DNA of 64,000 bases from contig JBAXUE010000003.1 of NCBI GenBank assembly GCA_037129835.1, forward strand, positions 87,275-151,274. Reading direction: 5' to 3'. The position numbers and the translations under genes are program-made. Positions 57,774 through 64,000 of this stretch are shown piece after piece. Under the pieces are notes generated by a model. That model did no database searches. It saw nothing but the letters and a program-made list of their open reading frames with translations, and was not told the DNA's origin. The stretch comes from a bacterium (lineage in GTDB: Bacteria > Patescibacteriota > CPR2 > UBA1875 > CAIMLA01). Position 1 is the first letter of the stretch. Every line of letters begins with the position of its first letter.

Positions 57774-59537
57774 ATGCTTGTTAAGGACGAAAACAAATTT
57801 CTAGACACTTTGATCGAGTTGAACTTGGTAACTCGAGAGCAGACAGAGCTAGTAAAAATAGAAAGTGCCAGGAGCGGTAACAACTATGAAGACGTACTTG
57901 TTGATCTTAAGTTACTGGGTGAAGAAGATATCGTCAAGGCAGAAGCTATAGCGGCGGGATTGGCGTATGTCAACTTAGCAAACTTCAAATTGCCAATAGA
58001 ACTACAGAAAGATGTAAGTAAAGAGATCGCTACCAAATATACTGCGGTGCCATTTGGCTTCACGGGCGAAGTTCTCAATGTCGCTATGGTTGACCCGAAT
58101 GATGTCCAGGCACTTGAGTTTATAGAAAAGAAAAGTGGTTTTCATGTACAGCCTTATCTTGCTTCGGAAACAGGCGTTAGTGGTGTTATTGGCCAATACG
58201 AGGATGCGGCGGATGAGGTATCAGAGGCACTGCAAAACTATGACACCGAGGCGGTTCCAAAGACAGAAGCCGTAGACCCAGAAGCTGGTGATCTTATCCA
58301 AGATGCGCCAGTTACTAGGGCGGTTAACACGATTATCGAATACGCCGCTAGGGCAAAGGCTTCAGATATCCATATTGAACCCAGAGAAAAAACAGTTAAA
58401 GTGAGGTATCGCATAGATGGTATCTTGCACGAAACCATGGATTTGCCGATTCATATTCATACAGCACTAGTTTCTAGGATAAAAATACTATCAAATCTGA
58501 AGATTGATGAGCATCGCATACCTCAAGACGGCCGTTTTGGCACCACAGTGGATAAGAGGCCTATTGATATGCGTATTTCTATATCTCCGACTGTATTTGG
58601 TGAAAAGGTTGTAATCCGTCTTCTTGATAAATCGGCGGGAGTTATCACTCTAGATAAGCTTGGAGTCCGCGGGCGCGCTTTTAAGATTATCGAGGCAGGA
58701 GCATTGAGACCTCATGGAATGGTGCTTTCGACAGGGCCTACCGGTTCTGGTAAGTCTACTACGCTCTATGCACTGCTAACAGTAATGAATAAGCCCGATG
58801 TAAACATTATTACCTTAGAGGATCCAGTTGAGTATCAGGTAGATGGAGTAAACCAAATCCAGGTGAACACAGCGGTTGGGCTCACCTTTGAATCTGGGCT
58901 ACGCTCTATATTGCGTCAAGATCCGGATGTAATCATGGTTGGTGAGATACGCGATGTACAAACTGCTGGCCTTGCTGTCCAGTCTGCTCTTACGGGGCAT
59001 ACCGTACTGTCGACTCTACATACCAATAGTGCAGCTGGTGTACTCCCAAGACTTCTTGATATGGAGATAGAGCCTTTTTTGATAGCTTCAACTGTCAGCA
59101 CCGTTATCGGTCAAAGGCTAGTTAGGAAGATTTGTGATGATTGTAAGGAGCAATACGAAGCCTCGCCAGCAGTCGTAGACAGTATTAAGAAGGCCCTTGA
59201 GGGGCTGTTGCCTAGTCATACTGGGCAGACAATGTCTCCCGAAGAATCTGGTTACAAGGATTTACCATTTGTCGAAGATGATACATTTCCACTATATAGA
59301 GGAAAAGGATGCCCCACTTGTAACAATAGTGGATACAAAGGTCGTGTCGGTATCTACGAAGTATTTGCCGTTAGCGACCGCTTAGAAAAGCTCATTGTCG
59401 GTCATGCCACTAGCTCAGAGATACAAGAAGTGGCCGTAAAAAACGGGATGGTTACGATGAGACAAGATGGATTTTTGAAGGCTTTAGAAGGCATCACTAC
59501 GATTGAAGAGGTTATTTCTAAAGCGACAGAAGACTAG
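57774..59537 (+). CDS. pilB: type IV pilus assembly (extension) ATPase PilB/GspE
   Basis: N-terminal T2SSE_N domain, Walker A LSTGPTGSGKSTTL, Asp box, His box, and a tetracysteine CxxC...CxxC zinc motif. Confidence 0.95.
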   Translation: MLVKDENKFLDTLIELNLVTREQTELVKIESARSGNNYEDVLVDLKLLGEEDIVKAEAIAAGLAYVNLANFKLPIELQKDVSKEIATKYTAVPFGFTGEVLNVAMVDPNDVQALEFIEKKSGFHVQPYLASETGVSGVIGQYEDAADEVSEALQNYDTEAVPKTEAVDPEAGDLIQDAPVTRAVNTIIEYAARAKASDIHIEPREKTVKVRYRIDGILHETMDLPIHIHTALVSRIKILSNLKIDEHRIPQDGRFGTTVDKRPIDMRISISPTVFGEKVVIRLLDKSAGVITLDKLGVRGRAFKIIEAGALRPHGMVLSTGPTGSGKSTTLYALLTVMNKPDVNIITLEDPVEYQVDGVNQIQVNTAVGLTFESGLRSILRQDPDVIMVGEIRDVQTAGLAVQSALTGHTVLSTLHTNSAAGVLPRLLDMEIEPFLIASTVSTVIGQRLVRKICDDCKEQYEASPAVVDSIKKALEGLLPSHTGQTMSPEESGYKDLPFVEDDTFPLYRGKGCPTCNNSGYKGRVGIYEVFAVSDRLEKLIVGHATSSEIQEVAVKNGMVTMRQDGFLKALEGITTIEEVISKATED

Positions 59538-59597
59538 GCATAGAGTTAACAATCCAAAATATATATGATATTCTAGATAAAGAAAATAGGAGGGTCA

Positions 59598-60662
59598 ATG
59601 GTAGAACTTAAAATAGAGAATCTGCTCGAGGAAGTGGTTACGAAACATGCTTCGGATTTGCATATCTCGGTAGGGGTACCACCGATGTTTAGGATAGACG
59701 GTGCCTTGGTCCCCGCAGATGACATGGGACCGCTTGCATCAGCAGATGTAGAAAAAATAGTATATTCCGTGATGGATGATATACAGAAAGATATACTCGA
59801 AAAAGACAAAGAAGTTGACTTTTCTTTTTCATTTGGAGATGTGGCAAGATTTCGTGCAAATGCCTTTCATCAAAAAGGAAATCTGGGTTTGGCTCTGAGA
59901 ATTATTCCCAACAATATCCTTACTTTATCTGAGCTTGGCATGCCACCCATCATAGAGCAATTCGCTAATATTCCCCGGGGCCTAGTGCTAGTAACTGGAC
60001 CGACAGGTTCGGGGAAGTCTACTACTCTGGCTGCAATGGTAGATAAGATAAACACAGAAAAAAGCGTCCACATTATTACGATTGAAGATCCAATCGAATA
60101 TACCCACTCACACAAAAAAGCACTTATTGACCAGAGAGAAGTCCATTATGATACTAGGTCTTTTGGTGCTGCGCTACGGAGTGCACTTCGTGAAGATCCA
60201 GATGTTGTTCTTATTGGTGAGATGAGAGACCTAGAGACTATCTCTGCCGCTATCACAATCGCAGAAACGGGACATCTTGTTTTGGCAACACTGCATACAA
60301 ATACTGCCGCCCAATCTATAGACCGTATGATTGACGTATTTCCTCCATATCAGCAACAACAAGTACGTGTTCAGCTTTCAAACATTTTGCAGGGTGTCGT
60401 CTCACAAAGGCTGATACCTGCCATTGGTGGTGGTCGTCTTGCGGCTGCAGAAATCATGGTTGTTTCGCCGGCAGTTAGAAATATTATACGAGAAGGCAAG
60501 ACACATCAGTTAGATGCCGTTATCCAAACTAGCGCGGATCAGGGCATGATCCAAATGGACAAGTCTTTGGTAAATTTAGTAAATTCTGGTTCAATAACTG
60601 CAGAAGAGGCGCATGGATATTGTGTTGACCCCCATGAGTTTGATAGACAACTTCATGGCTAG
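59598..60662 (+). CDS. pilT: type IV pilus retraction ATPase PilT
   Basis: Walker A VTGPTGSGKSTTL, HIITIEDPIEY, and the PilT C-terminal AIRNIIREGK-type motif. ~350 aa without the GspE N-terminal domain. Confidence 0.93.
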   Translation: MVELKIENLLEEVVTKHASDLHISVGVPPMFRIDGALVPADDMGPLASADVEKIVYSVMDDIQKDILEKDKEVDFSFSFGDVARFRANAFHQKGNLGLALRIIPNNILTLSELGMPPIIEQFANIPRGLVLVTGPTGSGKSTTLAAMVDKINTEKSVHIITIEDPIEYTHSHKKALIDQREVHYDTRSFGAALRSALREDPDVVLIGEMRDLETISAAITIAETGHLVLATLHTNTAAQSIDRMIDVFPPYQQQQVRVQLSNILQGVVSQRLIPAIGGGRLAAAEIMVVSPAVRNIIREGKTHQLDAVIQTSADQGMIQMDKSLVNLVNSGSITAEEAHGYCVDPHEFDRQLHG

Positions 60663-60670
60663 GAGCTAGA

Positions 60671-61873
60671 TTGAAAGAATTTTTTTATAGTGGCAAAAAC
60701 CATGACGGAGAAATCCAAAAAGGTTCGATAGAGGCAGAAAACGAAGAAGGGGCCGCTAAGTATCTTAATGATCACAATATTTATCCCATCCGGATATCAG
60801 AGAAGAATAAAAACACTTTTGGGCTAGCTATTCTCAATCATGTTTCAGCCAAAGAAAAGGTTTTCTTTATCCGTCAGCTTTCTACTACCATAAGCGCAGG
60901 GTTGCCAGTTTCTCAGGCGCTAGTAACCCTTTCTGAGGGTTCAAAAAAAGGACCATTACAGGATATCGTCACGCAAATAGTTCGTGACGTAGGCGGAGGC
61001 TCGACATTAGCAGATGCATTTGGTAAATATCCGAAGCTTTTTAATGTCATAGATGTCACTTTGATCAAGGCTGGTGAGAGTAGTGGTAGTTTGGACGCTG
61101 TGCTTTCTCGTTTGGCAGATAGTACGGAGAATGAATATCGTATCTCGAGTAAGATTCGGGGGGCTATGGTCTATCCGGCCTTTGTTATAGTTTTAATTAT
61201 GGGTGTGCTGGTGGTGATGAACTACTTTGTTTTACCAAAAATGAAAGAATTATACGCTTCTTTTGGTAAAGCCAAGCTTCCAGCAGTGACACAGGGGTTG
61301 ATGACAGCAAACGAATTTACCACGAAGTATTGGTATATTATGATAGTGCTTATCATCGGTCTTATCGTACTCTTTCGTTGGTATTTGACTACAAGTGCTG
61401 GGCGGCATCAATATGATTATTTCAAGCTGATTATGCCAGGCTTTGGAAAGTTTTTCCAAAGTGTGTATATGAGTCGCTTCACTCGTACTCTCGCAGGTCT
61501 TATTAGTTCTGGTGTATCTATTCTAGACGCCTTGAGGATAGTGACCAATGCGACTGGTAATGTCGTCATCGCTGATGAAATACGGAAAGTAATCCCCAAG
61601 GTCAAGGCAGGGACACCGCTTTCGAAGCCTCTTAAAGAAAGTCCAAACTTTCCTCCTATTGTTTCGCAAATGGTGGGAATAGGCGAAGAGACAGGTGATA
61701 TAGATAAGATGTTGACAAATCTGGCCAACTATTTTGATGACGAAGTTAGTAGTTTTGTATCCGCCATCACTAGTGTTATTGAGCCGTTTATCATCATCAC
61801 CCTCGCTGGTATCGTCGGCTTTATTCTGATCGCTGTAATGTTGCCGATATATCAGTTTGGGAGTGTCTTGTAG
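60671..61873 (+). CDS. pilC: type IV pilus platform protein PilC/GspF
   Basis: Two T2SSF repeats with 3 TM helices. TTG start. Confidence 0.9.
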   Translation: MKEFFYSGKNHDGEIQKGSIEAENEEGAAKYLNDHNIYPIRISEKNKNTFGLAILNHVSAKEKVFFIRQLSTTISAGLPVSQALVTLSEGSKKGPLQDIVTQIVRDVGGGSTLADAFGKYPKLFNVIDVTLIKAGESSGSLDAVLSRLADSTENEYRISSKIRGAMVYPAFVIVLIMGVLVVMNYFVLPKMKELYASFGKAKLPAVTQGLMTANEFTTKYWYIMIVLIIGLIVLFRWYLTTSAGRHQYDYFKLIMPGFGKFFQSVYMSRFTRTLAGLISSGVSILDALRIVTNATGNVVIADEIRKVIPKVKAGTPLSKPLKESPNFPPIVSQMVGIGEETGDIDKMLTNLANYFDDEVSSFVSAITSVIEPFIIITLAGIVGFILIAVMLPIYQFGSVL

Positions 61874-61928
61874 TTGACATACGATATAGTATATATATAA
61901 TAATTATTAGAAATATATAGGAGGGGAT

Positions 61929-62417
61929 ATGAATAAAATAAGCAAAACAGCTCAAAAAATGGGTTTCACTCTAGCAGAACTTATGGTAGTAATAGCACTC
62001 ATGGCAGTGCTTGGGACACTGATAGCCGGAGCTATACGGCTCGCATCAGATAAAGCAAAGGTCACAGCTCATCAAACAAACGCAAAAATGATTATTGCCG
62101 CTCTCGAAGACGGAAATTCAAAGTTTAGAGTATTCTGTGGCACCAATATGCCCACTTGCAGTGCTACTACCGCTTTGACTACCATTGGGACAGGGACTCA
62201 AGTATCTTTTACGGCAGCCGCTAAATCTATGGGACTTGAAGCTAGACTAACTCAAACTTCTGAATGTTCAGGCACAACTGCTGGCGGTGGCGTAATAGCT
62301 GCTGATAGTTATAGGTATTATGTATTAACTGCTGACGCAGCATGTACAAAGAAAATTAATGGCGCAGTCTTTGGAGATACAGTCATAGACCCAGTCAATG
62401 ATACTATTAACTTCTAA
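61929..62417 (+). CDS. pilA: type IV (major) pilin with a class III signal peptide
   Basis: KMG|FTLAELMVVIALMAVLGT: Gly at -1, Phe at +1, Glu at +5. Strong RBS ggaggggat. Confidence 0.85.
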   Translation: MNKISKTAQKMGFTLAELMVVIALMAVLGTLIAGAIRLASDKAKVTAHQTNAKMIIAALEDGNSKFRVFCGTNMPTCSATTALTTIGTGTQVSFTAAAKSMGLEARLTQTSECSGTTAGGGVIAADSYRYYVLTADAACTKKINGAVFGDTVIDPVNDTINF

Positions 62418-62427
62418 ATTATATATA

Positions 62428-62454
62428 AAGAGCGCGAAGGCGCTCTTTTTTTTT
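62428..62454 (+). terminator. rho-independent terminator after the pilin gene
   Basis: aaagagcgcg-aa-ggcgctctt followed by T9. Confidence 0.8.
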
Positions 62455-62480
62455 ATCCCAGATTATACTAGAATAGTATT

Positions 62481-63359
62481 ATGATATTTATAATTATAAT
62501 ATTTTTGCTCGGTCTAGTTATTGGTAGTTTTATCAATGCCCTAGAGTATCGGATTACCGAAAAAAAAACTATGGCTGGACGTTCTTTTTGTCCTCATTGC
62601 AAGCACCAGCTTGCCTGGTATGATTTATTCCCGCTTCTTAGCTTTGCTTTTCTCGGCGGCAATTGCAGATATTGCAAAAAGAAGATATCTTGGCAATATC
62701 CTTTGATAGAGCTTATTACTGGGATTACGTTCGTCGGCGTCTTGCTAGCGTCACCATTTGCTACTCTCTATGATTTTACTAAAGTAGCCTTAGATTTGCC
62801 GATATTATCTCAGAGCTTAGCCTTGTATCAAGAAAACTTTTTCTTGATTTCTGGGATTAAGCTATTTCTGACCTTGATTGTATTCTCGGTTCTAGTACTT
62901 GTCGCGCTTCATGATGCTAAGACGGGATACATTCTCTCGACGTATGTCTACGTAGCGGCGGCTATGTCTTTTGTTATCATTATCCTAGCCTTCTCGGGAG
63001 GAGCCGATATGACCAATATTATTAGCTACTTTTTTCCCTATCTCTGGAGCGCCATTGTGCCTGCAAGCATCTTTTTCTCTCTTTACTTTTTTTCTAAAGG
63101 GAAGTGGATGGGGGCTGGCGATAGTGAGCTCGCGGTCCTTATGGGACTTGTTCTTGGGTACCCCTTGGTAATTGTTGCTTTCTACGTCACCTTTATTGTT
63201 GGTAGTGTCTGGTCACTTATTCAGATATATATTACAAAAAAAGCTAAAATGAGGTCTGCAATACCTCTGGGGCCCTTTATGGTTCTCGGGATCTTTGTAG
63301 CTTATTTCTACGGACAACAAATGATCGATTTATACTTTAAAATGTTTTTGGGGGCCTGA
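62481..63359 (+). CDS. pilD: prepilin peptidase PilD (A24 family) with an N-terminal zinc-binding CxxC...CxxC
   Basis: CPHCKHQ...CRYCKKKI, 8 TM helices and the conserved Asp-containing motifs (GAGD). Confidence 0.9.
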   Translation: MIFIIIIFLLGLVIGSFINALEYRITEKKTMAGRSFCPHCKHQLAWYDLFPLLSFAFLGGNCRYCKKKISWQYPLIELITGITFVGVLLASPFATLYDFTKVALDLPILSQSLALYQENFFLISGIKLFLTLIVFSVLVLVALHDAKTGYILSTYVYVAAAMSFVIIILAFSGGADMTNIISYFFPYLWSAIVPASIFFSLYFFSKGKWMGAGDSELAVLMGLVLGYPLVIVAFYVTFIVGSVWSLIQIYITKKAKMRSAIPLGPFMVLGIFVAYFYGQQMIDLYFKMFLGA

Positions 63360-63363
63360 GCAA

Positions 63364-64000
63364 ATGAAGAGGAGGGAGGGGTTTACTTTGTCTGAGCTGA
63401 TGGTGGTGATGGCCATTATCGCTGTACTTACTTCTCTTGGAGGCTTTTTTCTCCAGGATATCTATAATAGCTATATGGCGGACCAGGGTGCACAGGATGT
63501 ATTGGGTGCGATCCGTGATGTTCAGAACAAGAGCCTCACAATCAAAGATGGTAAAAAGGTTTGGGCGGTTTCGATAAGTGCAAAAAAACCGGGTTCTCTC
63601 CCCACAGTAGGAGGGGAGATAAAGATCCTCTCATATAATAATACTATATCTGCCCCGACTATATTAATAGCCGACCCACCTTCAGGGATTCGCCAGATCG
63701 CGGCAAATTCTGTTACCCTGGTCACCGGAAGTACTTTACCAACTACTCCAGCTTCATACGTAGAACCAACCGACCACTTTGTTTTTTCATTCAGTGCTCC
63801 CTTTGGGCGCCCGAGTTTTTATCGAGGGTCAACTACGGGGATTCCACTGGACGATTGTGCTGTCGCTATACCGATAGCAGATTGTAAATGGGAAAGAGGT
63901 GTCGGTTTTCTAGGCGAGTGGGTGCTAAATCCAGACCCGCTTGTTCCTCTCGACAGCGCGTATAAAATAATTGACGGTCCAGACGCATTAATTAAAATTA
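63364..64000 (+). CDS. prepilin-type N-terminal cleavage/methylation domain protein (minor pilin/pseudopilin); 3'-truncated by the window edge
   Basis: MKRREG|FTLSELMVVMAIIAVL class III signal; the ORF is open to the window end. Confidence 0.7.
   Translation, partial: MKRREGFTLSELMVVMAIIAVLTSLGGFFLQDIYNSYMADQGAQDVLGAIRDVQNKSLTIKDGKKVWAVSISAKKPGSLPTVGGEIKILSYNNTISAPTILIADPPSGIRQIAANSVTLVTGSTLPTTPASYVEPTDHFVFSFSAPFGRPSFYRGSTTGIPLDDCAVAIPIADCKWERGVGFLGEWVLNPDPLVPLDSAYKIIDGPDALIKI

Noticed and set aside
1-64000. Alternative genetic code (UGA=Gly, as in Gracilibacteria/Absconditabacteria) or the presence of tRNA/rRNA genes
   Set aside because: Conserved genes (recA, pnp, polA, pilB, ftsK) are full-length with standard stops and no internal in-frame TGA. 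I found no cloverleaf-like tRNA or rRNA signature in the intergenic regions.

Overview
The window is a 64 kb AT-rich, densely packed bacterial chromosomal segment read with the standard genetic code. I saw no in-frame UGA recoding in any conserved gene. Most of it is housekeeping. On the + strand: dnaG-rpoD, polA, hemW, lexA, recA-recX, rpsT, a phosphohexomutase, truB, rpsO-pnp, a family-4 UDG, RNase J, rpsF-ssb-rpsR, efp, tlyA, and a NitT/TauT-type ABC importer. On the - strand: holA, fpg, a PHP phosphoesterase, a CPBP protease, an HI0933 flavoprotein, yajQ, rodZ-like, ftsK and ychF. The 3' end holds a complete type IV pilus locus: pilM-N-O, pilB, pilT, pilC, a major pilin, pilD and a second pilin that runs off the end. 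A 3177-aa surface protein of Ig-like and FN3-like repeats occupies 42.9-52.5 kb. I found no rRNA, tRNA or CRISPR array. The gene content and style (tiny intergenics, tailed ribosomal proteins, T4P plus a giant adhesin, little biosynthesis) fit a small-genome Patescibacteria/CPR-like organism, but that is inference only. The main non-standard signals are: (1) a family of GC-rich palindromic hairpin elements with core gtcattcccgc-N4-gcgggaatgac. One copy sits in-frame inside polA, a degenerate two-hairpin copy sits in-frame inside truB, and a canonical double copy sits in a 900-bp intergenic repeat hotspot at 52983-53888 that also holds 50-bp direct repeats. (2) A ~470-nt GC-rich, hairpin-dense non-coding island at 33.0-33.5 kb, probably a structured RNA whose identity I could not fix. 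(3) A ferredoxin:disulfide-reductase-like FTR-rubredoxin fusion next to a CxxC glutaredoxin-like gene. (4) Two ~300-bp, 95%-identical segments, 636 bp apart, inside the giant gene. (5) A 36-codon ORF translationally coupled to pilM.
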